From Chthoniobacterales bacterium (lineage in GTDB: Bacteria; Verrucomicrobiota; Verrucomicrobiia; Chthoniobacterales; UBA6821), in the NCBI GenBank assembly GCA_019747735.1, contig JAIEQL010000040.1, positions 3,179 to 67,178 on the forward strand: DNA of 64,000 nt. The letters run 5' to 3'. Numbering within the stretch: the first letter of the stretch is position 1; every line of letters starts with the position of its first letter. The notes under the pieces are model-generated. The model ran no database searches, was not told the DNA's origin, and was given only the letters and a program-made list of their open reading frames with translations. Position numbers and translations under genes: made by a program. Positions 27,231 through 36,204 of this stretch are shown piece by piece.

Positions 27231-27309
27231 GCTCTCCCTCTTACTCTAAGTTATTTCGTTAGTCAAGAAATTTGCTACCTCAGTAGATACAACACAGAAA
27301 ACTCCACTC

Positions 27310-28110
27310 ATGCCTTCTTTTCAATTCCAAAACTCTTGCGCCCTCATTACAGGGGCTTCCTCGGGCCTCGGAGCTGAGTTTGCGCGGCAGTTGGCTCCTC
27401 ATGCGAAAAGGTTAATTTTAGTCGCTCGTCGGGCAGAGCGCTTGAAAGCCTTATCCCAAGAGCTCCGACAGGCTTATCCTCATTTGTGTATTGATCAAAA
27501 AGCAGCCGATCTTTCTTTGGCTCAAGAGCGGGAAAAATTGGCAGCTTGGATTGAGCAAGAAAAGTTACCGCTCAACTTTCTCATTAATAATGCCGGCTTA
27601 GGAGATCTCGGTGATTTTTTTCATGCGTCGTGGGAGCGACTTGAGGAGATCATTGAGCTCAATATCACAGCGTTGACGCATCTCACGCACCTCTTGCTAC
27701 CTGCGTTGCGCAAGCAAGCACCGAGTGCTTTACTTCAAGTTGGATCGATTGTCGGATTTTTCCCGCTGCTCAATTATGGAGTCTATGCAGCTTCCAAAGC
27801 CTATGTGAATAGTTTTAGTCAAGCGTTACACATCGAAGAAGCCTCTCATGGTGTCACCGTCACATTGCTTGCTCCTGGGCCTACTCCTACAGAATTTTTT
27901 GAACAAGCAGCTCGTCTAGGTAAAAAAATTTCGGTCACTTCTCGCGCTCCTGCTTGTTTCATCACCTCACAAAAAGAGGTTGTTGCTGTTGCCTTAAAAG
28001 CCATTTTGCGCAACCAAGCTATTATCATTCCTAATAAAAAGCTTTCCATCATGGTTTCTCTTTTACGACGAATTCCTTTTTGCTTGTTTCAGAAATTTAT
28101 CTCAAAGTGA
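27310..28110 (+). CDS. Short-chain dehydrogenase/reductase (SDR)
   Basis: Motifs TGASSGLG, NNAG and YxxxK (YAASKAY). Confidence 0.85.
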   Translation: MPSFQFQNSCALITGASSGLGAEFARQLAPHAKRLILVARRAERLKALSQELRQAYPHLCIDQKAADLSLAQEREKLAAWIEQEKLPLNFLINNAGLGDLGDFFHASWERLEEIIELNITALTHLTHLLLPALRKQAPSALLQVGSIVGFFPLLNYGVYAASKAYVNSFSQALHIEEASHGVTVTLLAPGPTPTEFFEQAARLGKKISVTSRAPACFITSQKEVVAVALKAILRNQAIIIPNKKLSIMVSLLRRIPFCLFQKFISK

Positions 28111-28814
28111 TCGCTCTTTTTTCCAAAGTAAGTAACGTTCTCCTAGAGCTTTTTTACCCTCTTCATTGTGACGGTTGTGATGTGGCTCTTTTTGAAAAAT
28201 CGCATCTCTGTCAAGAATGTTGGGGTAGCTTAAAACCGCTTGCAAAGCCATTTTGTGAGATCTGTTCTTGCAAAATAGTAGCAGACGCTCGTTGTCCTAA
28301 TTGTGCTGATCGTAAGCTTCATTTTGTGGCTGGAGTGAGTGCTTTTCAATATGACGGTTTGATGCGTACATTGTTATATCGTTTGAAATATGGACGGGAT
28401 CAACGTCTTAAAAAAGTGATGGGAGAGCTCTTAGTTCCTGCCTTGCAGGATGAGCGTTTGCAGGGGATTTTTTTTGAAGCAATTGTCCCGGTTCCATTGC
28501 ATCCTCGCTCAGAACGAGAGCGAGAATTCAACCAAGCACAGCTGCTTGCTTGCGAAGTTGCCCTTCACTACCAGCGGCCTTTGAAGTCTCTTCTGCAATG
28601 CCTTCGGCCAGCTTCTCCACAAGCTCGTTCTGATCGTAAAAAGAGAATGGAACATCGGAAAAATCTTTTTTCACTTCGTTTGCCTCAACAACTCTCAGGA
28701 AATTATCTCCTCGTCGATGATGTTCTCACTACAGGAGCCACGCTCGATGCCTGTGCTAAAGCCCTTCTTGAGGCAGGAGCTGAGGGAGTATGGGCGATTA
28801 CTGTTGCGCGTTAA
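28107..28814 (+). CDS. comF: ComF-family protein (phosphoribosyltransferase-like)
   Basis: N-terminal Cys pairs (CDGC...CQEC...CxxC) and C-terminal PRT motif [16 protein letters not shown] start overlapping the SDR stop (GTGA) is preferred over track start 28080. Confidence 0.7.
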   Translation: MIALFSKVSNVLLELFYPLHCDGCDVALFEKSHLCQECWGSLKPLAKPFCEICSCKIVADARCPNCADRKLHFVAGVSAFQYDGLMRTLLYRLKYGRDQRLKKVMGELLVPALQDERLQGIFFEAIVPVPLHPRSEREREFNQAQLLACEVALHYQRPLKSLLQCLRPASPQARSDRKKRMEHRKNLFSLRLPQQLSGNYLLVDDVLTTGATLDACAKALLEAGAEGVWAITVAR

Positions 28815-28858
28815 AAAATCACCTTGCTGCCCAGGTCGATTTTTTTTACCTTCTGCTG

Positions 28859-29389
28859 ATGCAACCATCCACTACAAGTACTCCGATTGGTTACGATTCT
28901 AAAATTGAAGGAAACGTAATCATCACCAAGTTAGATGCTGCTATCAACTGGATGAGAAAAAATTCTCTCTGGCCTATGCCGATGGGACTCGCTTGTTGTG
29001 CTATTGAGCTGATGGCGGCTTCCTCCTCGCGGTACGATATATCACGCTTTGGAGCTGAAGTAATGCGTTTCTCTCCTCGTCAAAGCGATGTGATGATTGT
29101 GGCAGGAACAGTCACTTATAAAATGGCACTTGCTGTTAAACGAATTTACGAACAAATGGCAGAACCAAAATGGGTCATTGCGATGGGGGCCTGTGCTTCT
29201 AGTGGAGGGATGTATCGCAGTTACTCTGTCTTGCAAGGAGTAGATCAAGTGATTCCTGTTGATGTCTATATTTCCGGATGTCCACCACGACCAGAAGCCC
29301 TTCTGGACGGCCTCATGAAGCTGCAAGAAAAAGTCATGAAGGAACATTCCTTCTTGGATCAAAAACGAGCTTTGCTCAACTCCTTGTAA
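28859..29389 (+). CDS. nuoB: NADH-quinone oxidoreductase subunit B
   Basis: [16 protein letters not shown] and SGCPPRP supply the four Cys ligands of cluster N2. ATG at 28859 is preferred over the upstream extension. Confidence 0.9.
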   Translation: MQPSTTSTPIGYDSKIEGNVIITKLDAAINWMRKNSLWPMPMGLACCAIELMAASSSRYDISRFGAEVMRFSPRQSDVMIVAGTVTYKMALAVKRIYEQMAEPKWVIAMGACASSGGMYRSYSVLQGVDQVIPVDVYISGCPPRPEALLDGLMKLQEKVMKEHSFLDQKRALLNSL

Positions 29390-29396
29390 TTATTTT

Positions 29397-30005
29397 ATGA
29401 ATTTGTCAGATGCACTTCGTCAACTCGAAGAAAAATACTCGTTCGCACTTCTGGAGAAAAAAGAATTTCGTGGGGAGACAACGCTTCTTTTAAAAAAAGA
29501 GTATCTTTATGAGGTTGCTCAATTTTGCCGCGATCTCCTTGGGTTTAATATGTTACTTGATATTTCGAGTGTGGATCAATGGGGACAGGATCCTCGCTTT
29601 GAAATGGTTTATGAACTTTATTCGCTAGAAGAAAAAAGTCACCTTCGTTTAAAGACACTCTTGTCGGAAGAAGATCCCGTTATTCCTACGGTGAGCACTC
29701 TTTGGGCCACGGCCAATTGGCACGAGCGAGAAGTTTATGACATGATGGGAATTCGCTTTGAAGGACATCCTAACTTACGGCGTATTCTCATGTGGGATGG
29801 ATATCCTTACCATCCTTTGCGTAAAGATTTTCCCCTTGAAGGAAAACCCAGCGAGATGCCTGAAGTGGCTTTTTCTCAAGAAGCACCACTTCAAGGTGGC
29901 CCTTTTGTAAGCAGCCCATCTTCGGGAAATACACAAGTCAGGGAGCCGCGCTATCGCTCTGCTGAAAACTTACCCCCTCAAGAAACTTTTATTGCTGAAC
30001 CTTGA
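29397..30005 (+). CDS. nuoC: NADH-quinone oxidoreductase subunit C
   Basis: The pattern ANWHEREVYDMMGIRFEGHPNLRRIL is diagnostic of the 30-kDa subunit. Confidence 0.85.
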   Translation: MNLSDALRQLEEKYSFALLEKKEFRGETTLLLKKEYLYEVAQFCRDLLGFNMLLDISSVDQWGQDPRFEMVYELYSLEEKSHLRLKTLLSEEDPVIPTVSTLWATANWHEREVYDMMGIRFEGHPNLRRILMWDGYPYHPLRKDFPLEGKPSEMPEVAFSQEAPLQGGPFVSSPSSGNTQVREPRYRSAENLPPQETFIAEP

Positions 30006-31054
30006 TTGCCGACCAAACTAGTTATGAAGAGTTTCTTTCCTTTTTAGAAACTCAAACAGAGATCGCTTTAGATACTGAGGCAGATAGTTTGCATTGCTAT
30101 TTTGAAAAACTTTGTCTCATTCAAGTGGGAGCTTCTGAGCAATTTTCCCTCATTGATCCATTAGTTCAACTTCCGCTAACGCAGTTTTTTTCAGCATTGG
30201 AAGGTAAGCGTCTGATTTTTCATGATGCTGATTATGATCTAAGGCTCTTACGGCGTTCAGGCTCTTTTCCTGATCAATCTATTTTTGATACGATGCTTGC
30301 TGCACGGCTCTGTGGAGAGCCGAGGCTTGGCTTAGCAGCTCTTGTCGAAAAATATTTTGACGTGTCCCTTTCCAAAGCCTCTCGTAAAGCCAATTGGGGG
30401 CAGCGACCACTTTCCTCTCAGATGCTTGAGTACGCTCTTAACGACGTTCGTTATCTTTCTGGATTGGTATCTATTTTTGAAGAAAAATTGCACGAGTTAG
30501 GGCGCCTTGAATGGTTTTATCAATCATGCAATCGAATGGTGCACGCTACTCGTGCGATTCGGGTTAAAGAGGAAGATCATCTTTGGCGTCTTTCAGGCTA
30601 TGTGGCATTGCCACCCCAAAGTTGGGCTGTCCTGAAGGCTCTCTGGTGGTGGCGTGATGGAGAAGCTCGTAAGTGCGACAAGCCTTCTTTTTACATTATG
30701 TCTCATGAAGAGATGCTTTCTATTGCTGAAAAAGCTCCTCAAGGAAAAAAATGGGAACTTCGCAAGCTACCCAAAGCGCGTGAGGAAGAAATAGAACAAA
30801 TCATCGTAGCAGCATTGCAATTAAAAGAAGAAGAATGGCCTCAAGCTCTTCCTCGAATCAAAAATCATATGAACAAAGATGAGCAACATCGCTTTCAGAA
30901 ATTGCAACAACAACGTGATCGTGTTGCCCAAAAAATTGCTTTGGATCCTTCTGTTATCGCTTCCAAAAATGCCATGGAAGCAGCAGCGCGTGATAAGAAC
31001 ACTCCTTTGCTCTTGCCGTGGCAGCGGGAGTTGTTAGGGATAGGGTTAAGTTAA
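30002..31054 (+). CDS. rnd: Ribonuclease D-like 3'-5' exonuclease with HRDC region
   Basis: DEDDy motifs are ALDTEAD, FHDADYDL and YALNDVRYL. The only available start is a TTG overlapping the nuoC stop. Confidence 0.75.
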   Translation: MIADQTSYEEFLSFLETQTEIALDTEADSLHCYFEKLCLIQVGASEQFSLIDPLVQLPLTQFFSALEGKRLIFHDADYDLRLLRRSGSFPDQSIFDTMLAARLCGEPRLGLAALVEKYFDVSLSKASRKANWGQRPLSSQMLEYALNDVRYLSGLVSIFEEKLHELGRLEWFYQSCNRMVHATRAIRVKEEDHLWRLSGYVALPPQSWAVLKALWWWRDGEARKCDKPSFYIMSHEEMLSIAEKAPQGKKWELRKLPKAREEEIEQIIVAALQLKEEEWPQALPRIKNHMNKDEQHRFQKLQQQRDRVAQKIALDPSVIASKNAMEAAARDKNTPLLLPWQRELLGIGLS

Positions 31055-31108
31055 AGAGGTCGAGTTTGAACGGTTTTTAAAAAGAATTAGTTTCACATGC
31101 TTTTTACA

Positions 31109-31210
31109 GTGAAAGTTGAAGTTGAAATTATTTGGACTTTGCCTTCGGCAAAAAAATCTATTGTTTAGCCCCGCTAGTGGCCTAATGGTGCTTCAACTTC
31201 AACTTTTCAC
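31109..31210. repeat. Inverted pair of GTTGAA hexamer word arrays around a ttgcc-ttcg-ggcaa mini-hairpin
   Basis: gtgaaagttgaagttgaa (31109..31126) pairs with ttcaacttcaacttttcac (31192..31210). The right arm continues to within 10 nt of the nadC start. Confidence 0.75.
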
Positions 31211-31228
31211 TTCAACTTAATTTCATTG

Positions 31229-32095
31229 ATGAACCCTTCCACCCTAGCACTCATTAAAACTGCCCTTGCCGAGGACATCGCTACAGGTGATATCACTTCT
31301 ATGGCCTTTATTCCCGAAGCGATGAGAAGTCACGGACGTATCATCACTCGTCATCCAGCGGTGATTGCAGGATTAGCAGTGGCAATAGAAGTTTTTCGCC
31401 AAGTTGATTCTAATAATGAGGTCACCCTTTGTGCTGCAGAGGGAGAGGGTTTGGAGGCAGGTGCACCTTTATTGGAAGTGAGTGGACCAACACGAAGCTT
31501 GCTCACAGCAGAAAGAGTTGTTTTGAATTTTTTGGGACGCCTTACTGGAATTGCTAGTCTCACGCGTCGTTACGTTGATGCCGTTGTAGGAACAGGAGTT
31601 CTTATTTTGGACACCCGTAAGATGACTCCCGGTTGGAGAATCCTGGAAAAAGAAGCTGTGAAAGCCGGAGGAGGGAAAAATCATCGTCAGGGGCTCTTCG
31701 ATGCCATCTTGGTGAAAGATAACCATCTTGTGGCACTCGGGCCTGAGGGATTATCGAGACTTCCTCAGGTGCTTCAAAAAATACGAGCAGATCATCCAAC
31801 GTTGAAAATTGAAATAGAAGCAGACACCCTCGAACAAGTCTCTTTTTTCTTAGAGCAGCGCGAGGTCAATACCATTCTCCTTGATAATATGAGCCTTGAG
31901 CAGCTGCGTACTGCAGTAGCGTTGCGCCAGCAAAAGAATCGTAATGTACGTCTTGAAGCCAGTGGTGGAATTACCTTGGAGAAAATTCGAGCCGTCGCAG
32001 AGACAGGCATTGATGAAATTTCTTTGGGAGCGTTGACTCATTCGGCAGTGTGGGCAGATTTGTCAATGGAGTTTGAATATACCTTTGTCGGATAA
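31229..32095 (+). CDS. nadC: Nicotinate-nucleotide pyrophosphorylase (carboxylating)
   Basis: Typical QPRTase pattern: EDI..GDITS, LTAERV.LNFL, KDNH, EASGGI. Confidence 0.9.
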   Translation: MNPSTLALIKTALAEDIATGDITSMAFIPEAMRSHGRIITRHPAVIAGLAVAIEVFRQVDSNNEVTLCAAEGEGLEAGAPLLEVSGPTRSLLTAERVVLNFLGRLTGIASLTRRYVDAVVGTGVLILDTRKMTPGWRILEKEAVKAGGGKNHRQGLFDAILVKDNHLVALGPEGLSRLPQVLQKIRADHPTLKIEIEADTLEQVSFFLEQREVNTILLDNMSLEQLRTAVALRQQKNRNVRLEASGGITLEKIRAVAETGIDEISLGALTHSAVWADLSMEFEYTFVG

Positions 32096-32228
32096 ATTTT
32101 AGGTTTTTTTTACGCAGGAATTAATTCCTAAAATTCATTCGAGAAAGGTATAAACTCTTTGTTATTCTGAGGAGCAATGAAAAAAGCGTTCATTTATCAA
32201 CAAGACTCTTTTGCTGGTACACTCGGGC

Positions 32229-32402
32229 TAGAGCATTTTAAATAAAACTACAGCCATTTTAGAGCATCATGAAAAATTTTTGTAGTCGATGCAGTGCCAG
32301 GAGCTGAGGCGCACATCGAGGGAGTGTATAGCCAATACTCGATGGAGCGAGCACCGAAGCGACGACGCAATGAGCGGCTACAGAATTTTTTAATATGCTC
32401 TA
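32229..32402 (+). mobile_element. MITE-like element, family A copy 2
   Basis: TA|GAGCATTTTAAAT...ATTTTTTAATATGCTC|TA. It differs from the reverse complement of 18136..18309 at only about 10 positions. Confidence 0.8.
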
Positions 32403-32579
32403 GAAGGGAATGCCTGCTCTACTAAAAGAAGCTATCTACTCTTCTTTTCATGAAGGAGTGTCGCGTTTATTTCTTTTGACTCACTTTTCAAAAAAACATT
32501 GTTTTGAGATGTTGAGTTAAGTTGATTTATAAGTATTGGTTCCAATTTTCTAGAAATTTCTAGCCAACTCTAAAAAATC

Positions 32580-35500
32580 ATGAAAAAACTTCCCCTTGTT
32601 TTTCTCCTGGGCACTCTCGCGCTCGCACCTGTGCGCGTGAGTGCGATGACGGAAGCGGACAAAAAAGAAGAGCATAAAAAGTCGGGTGATTCAAAAGGAA
32701 CCCTCCCAAAAAACACCGACGAGAAATGGCTCAAAGCTCATGAAAAAGCCATTGGGGAAGTTAATAGTCCTCCAGTTAACAACAACACGGAAACTGAGAT
32801 TGAGGTATTTGTTGAGAAGGGTGAAATCATCGAGGATAACACTCTGAAACCGACTTCCAATGCTGATGCTCAACCCAACTCGTCACTAGTTAACGCTGAT
32901 GAAGAAAGTGAAAAGGAAGATCTTTTCAATCTAGATGTTTTAGAACAAAGACTACAAGAGGCTCGAGAGGTCGTTGCTGATTTACGAGGAAAGGGGACTG
33001 CGCTTTCAGAACAAGAACTCAGCGGTCTTTATCAAAAGTGGACTAATCGATACGAACGTTACGAAAAAAAGTCAGATATTTTTGAGCGAACGAATAACAT
33101 TGGAACCATCGCAGGGCAGCAAATTGAAGAGCGACTAAAAAAGCTTTTAAAAACTTCTGCTGAGGCTATGCAAGCGCTTAAGCAAAGCTTAGAAAACATT
33201 ACTCAAGGTTGCGCAACACGCACTGATGATGTCGGCCACTTTCACTTTAAAAAAGAGGAACCTAACTTAGAAGCGCTTGTTAGTTCCTACGATTACAGCA
33301 CCACAGAGAATCATTCAGTCTTTTGGACAGGATGGCATCCCAATTCTTCTCAATGCAATTTTGAGCGAGCTAAAGAATATGCAACACGCACTAATAAAAA
33401 AGTTTTAGAGATAACTCCAGGAGGAGAGAGGCTGGGAGCACAGGGTTTTCATAATCCAGAGTCTTACCTTAATAAGCGTGATGCCGATTTTATTTGGGGA
33501 GTTGCTTCTAGGAGATTTGTTGAAGGAGCTTCGGGACATGTGGTCGCTTTTGTGTTAGAGAAAGTCGATCCCTTTACAACTTATCGCAAAATGGAAAAGC
33601 CAGTATTGAAGAGCAAGGAAACGGCTTTCTTGAGCGAAGTTATTGTTAAGCGAGATCAGAAGCTATTGCTCACAGAGGCTGAGCAAGAGTTATTTGAGCG
33701 CGAGCAAGCAGTAGAAAAAAAGCTTCATCCTCTTTTTCAAAACGTCAGAACTGCATGGGAGAAGATAGGGAATTATTCCGCCTTTCATCCCGATAACATT
33801 CGCGACTTTTTAGGGAGCATTGATGTTAAGAACCAATCGACCTCAGTCCAGCAGGAGCTCTCTCAGTTTGCTTCCCAGCTAAATCCCTTTACTAAAAAAG
33901 TGAAGGCTCTCTCCGAGGCTTGGGATGAGCTTCGTAAGGCCATTTACAGTTTTCAGCATGAGGGTTTAGAAAATGCACATATTCAGCAAGTGAGTAAGGT
34001 GCGAGAAAAATTTCGCGAGTTAGAGCAGCTTGAGACGGTTTCTAAAACATGGAGTGAAGAATATGACCGCTTTAGGGAGGCTATGCAGTTTTTTGATTAT
34101 CAAATTTTCAAAGCTTATCAAGAGAGGGGCGAAATGGACAAAGCAGCTCGATGGAAAGAAGAGACGAGGATTTATGAAGAAAAACAACAACAACAAATGC
34201 TACAGCAATCTGCTGCACAATTTATCAGAGGGAAGATTATCACAGGGCTTTCTCACTTTGATGACTCTCAAGATTCAAAAAAAGAGTGCTTCCAACAAGA
34301 AGTCTCCATTGATGATATGCCTCCTCTTTTTTCTCAAGAGAAACAATCAGGAACAGTTATTCCAGAAACACCTCCCTATTTGAAGAGCTTCAATAGATTA
34401 AAATTCATTAATCCAATGTTTGCTCTTATAAGGCTGCTTGGCGATTTGCAACAATACATAAAACCAATTGAAGAAAAGGAAGGGTTAGCCAAAAGTTTTT
34501 TTATAACGAGTCCATTGCTAGATAATTACAGGACTTTCTTTGGTAGGCCTACTTATAAAGAGACTATCAATTTTCTTGTCGAGAAATTAGAAGAGGTTCA
34601 AGAATCAAAAATTGAAGAAAGTCTCAATAGTATTACGAAAGACAATGCTATCCTCCAAAGTTACAGCACGACTGCTGAGCTAAAAAATCTCTTAGCTTGG
34701 ATAAAAGAGGAGCATGGTAAATACCGACAAGAAAAACAATGCCTTAAAGAACACGCTGAATCTATTCGAGATGATGAAAAGACAGACTATTCTGACTTTG
34801 ACTGTTGGATATATAAAAAGAAAAAAGAAGAACTCTCACGCCTAGAAAATGAGAAGGAACTTTTGCCTAGTCTATCGTCAAGAATTGACGCTGTCATTTT
34901 AGAAATAGAGAAAACAACAAAAATAGCAAACGACGACTATCATTATACAATAAAAAAACTTACTCCTGAAGCTAGACATGAAGCTGCCATTGCTGAAGGA
35001 GAGAACAGGATTGAACAAGCTGATGCAGCTATGGAACAAAGTGAAGGAAGCTCTTTTTCTAAAAAAGCTACTAAAGAAGATCCTTATGCACCTTATCAAA
35101 AGTTTTATAACTTACTGGACATCTTTGATAAAAAAACAAAACAGCATGCAGAGGCTACTAAAGAAACAATTCGTGCTTACAAAGATACGATTGATGTTTA
35201 CAAAACGCCCCCTAAGGAAAACGGGGAAGAAGTCTCTCCCGCCATTCCTTACGCAGAATGTTTTGAAAGTACTCAGTGTTTAAATGAGGAAAACTTATTA
35301 CTAATAGGAAATGGGGGAAAGAGAACTTTATCAAACAACAGACTGGAAGATATTGTAAAAAAAGATAGTGATAAGGCGAAGGAAAAGGAAAAGGAAGTAA
35401 TTAATAAAAGCTCTTTTTGGGAATATCGAGTTTGGGGTTCTCCTAGCCTTAATGAAGCACGTGAAAATGTTCAAGCTGCTGAAAAACAAATTGAAAGACG

Positions 35501-35966
35501 TGAGAATATTTCCAGGAAGATTACAGAACAAGCAACAGAAATTCAGAAGACTCAAAACACGTTAGCTCAAAAAAAAGAAGCTGAAACAGAGCTTGCTAAA
35601 GAAAAAGAAAAAGTTACAAAGCAAGCTGAAGAAGAGCGACAAAAGACCTTAAAAGAAAACCAAAAAGAGATAGAAAAATTTTCAAAAAAACATGAGAAAG
35701 ATTTGAAAGATTTGTCTTGCGAACTCTCTAATCAGGAAAGCTTAGAGCAACATAATAAGCACATAAAAAGCAGAATAGTCAATCTTAGTAAAGAGATAAA
35801 AGAAAAAAAAGATGAGATAAAAGAGATAAGAGAAAAAAATAATATAACTACTGATACACCCCTTCTTGATCTCTATAATGGAATCAAAAGTTTGTTTTCT
35901 TGTCCTTCGCATATAACATCTAATGAGGTGAAATGTGCACCACCTCCAGAAGATTTAAATAATTAG
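32580..35966 (+). CDS. Secreted 1128-aa coiled-coil protein with an ADP-ribosyl cyclase/CD38-like domain (about aa 215-358)
   Basis: Signal peptide is MKKLPLVFLLGTLALAPVRVSA. Motifs VFWTGW, EYATRTNKKVLEITPGG, FIWGVASRRFVEGASGHVVAFVL and TTYRKMEKPVL parallel the Aplysia cyclase / CD38 motifs. The rest is K/E-rich helical sequence. Confidence 0.7.
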   Translation: MKKLPLVFLLGTLALAPVRVSAMTEADKKEEHKKSGDSKGTLPKNTDEKWLKAHEKAIGEVNSPPVNNNTETEIEVFVEKGEIIEDNTLKPTSNADAQPNSSLVNADEESEKEDLFNLDVLEQRLQEAREVVADLRGKGTALSEQELSGLYQKWTNRYERYEKKSDIFERTNNIGTIAGQQIEERLKKLLKTSAEAMQALKQSLENITQGCATRTDDVGHFHFKKEEPNLEALVSSYDYSTTENHSVFWTGWHPNSSQCNFERAKEYATRTNKKVLEITPGGERLGAQGFHNPESYLNKRDADFIWGVASRRFVEGASGHVVAFVLEKVDPFTTYRKMEKPVLKSKETAFLSEVIVKRDQKLLLTEAEQELFEREQAVEKKLHPLFQNVRTAWEKIGNYSAFHPDNIRDFLGSIDVKNQSTSVQQELSQFASQLNPFTKKVKALSEAWDELRKAIYSFQHEGLENAHIQQVSKVREKFRELEQLETVSKTWSEEYDRFREAMQFFDYQIFKAYQERGEMDKAARWKEETRIYEEKQQQQMLQQSAAQFIRGKIITGLSHFDDSQDSKKECFQQEVSIDDMPPLFSQEKQSGTVIPETPPYLKSFNRLKFINPMFALIRLLGDLQQYIKPIEEKEGLAKSFFITSPLLDNYRTFFGRPTYKETINFLVEKLEEVQESKIEESLNSITKDNAILQSYSTTAELKNLLAWIKEEHGKYRQEKQCLKEHAESIRDDEKTDYSDFDCWIYKKKKEELSRLENEKELLPSLSSRIDAVILEIEKTTKIANDDYHYTIKKLTPEARHEAAIAEGENRIEQADAAMEQSEGSSFSKKATKEDPYAPYQKFYNLLDIFDKKTKQHAEATKETIRAYKDTIDVYKTPPKENGEEVSPAIPYAECFESTQCLNEENLLLIGNGGKRTLSNNRLEDIVKKDSDKAKEKEKEVINKSSFWEYRVWGSPSLNEARENVQAAEKQIERRENISRKITEQATEIQKTQNTLAQKKEAETELAKEKEKVTKQAEEERQKTLKENQKEIEKFSKKHEKDLKDLSCELSNQESLEQHNKHIKSRIVNLSKEIKEKKDEIKEIREKNNITTDTPLLDLYNGIKSLFSCPSHITSNEVKCAPPPEDLNN

Positions 35967-36011
35967 GGTATTAGTGAAAATGTTGTTCGAATAGGGACAA
36001 AAATGAATTAT

Positions 36012-36203
36012 CCTTAAAACGTGAATGGGCATGAATAATATTTTGTAAGGAGTTGGTTCCAATAGGTTTTTTCAACCGGTGCGGCGTACCTTAAGCCATA
36101 GCTTGCTGTGGCGCTCCTTTTTATACATAAGCTTGCGGTTGGAAAAAATTATTGGGGCCAAGTATATTGCAAAAGATTATCATGATCCGTTCACGTTTTT
36201 AGG
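36012..36203. mobile_element. MITE-like nested palindrome, family C copy 2
   Basis: CCTTAAAACGTGAATGGGCATGAATAAT pairs with ATTATCATGATCCGTTCACGTTTTTAGG. Inner repeats are gttggttccaatagg / ccaataatttt..ccaacc. It ends 2 nt from the stop of the convergent SUMF1 gene. Confidence 0.7.
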
Positions 36204-36204
36204 A

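Noticed and set aside
26851-27249. 132-aa plus-strand ORF in the supplied track
   Set aside because: It is low-complexity Ser/Phe/Cys-rich sequence with no RBS. It lies exactly antisense to a well-formed antitoxin/RelE-like pair, so the coding sense is the minus strand.
28790-28858. N-terminal extensions of track ORFs (nuoB from 28790, TMEM175 from 39449, rsmI from 46688, trhO from 40952, GGCT from 7241, exonuclease from 55956)
   Set aside because: The extensions overlap neighbouring genes or repeat elements and lack homology-like sequence. Internal Met codons coincide with the conserved N-termini of the families.
32096-32135. Palindromes after nadC (AGGAATTAATTCCT at 32116..32129; aattttagg/cctaaaatt) as an intrinsic terminator
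   Set aside because: The stems are AT-rich and are not followed by a T-tract. This could be a protein-binding palindrome, but nothing supports a specific call.
32177-32245. 22-codon ORF (MKKAFIYQQDSFAGTLG...) with a good RBS that resembles a HipA N-terminus and is cut off by MITE-A copy 2
   Set aside because: Only 17 native codons remain, and the sequence after the element shows no convincing continuation of a HipA frame. That is too little for a homology claim.
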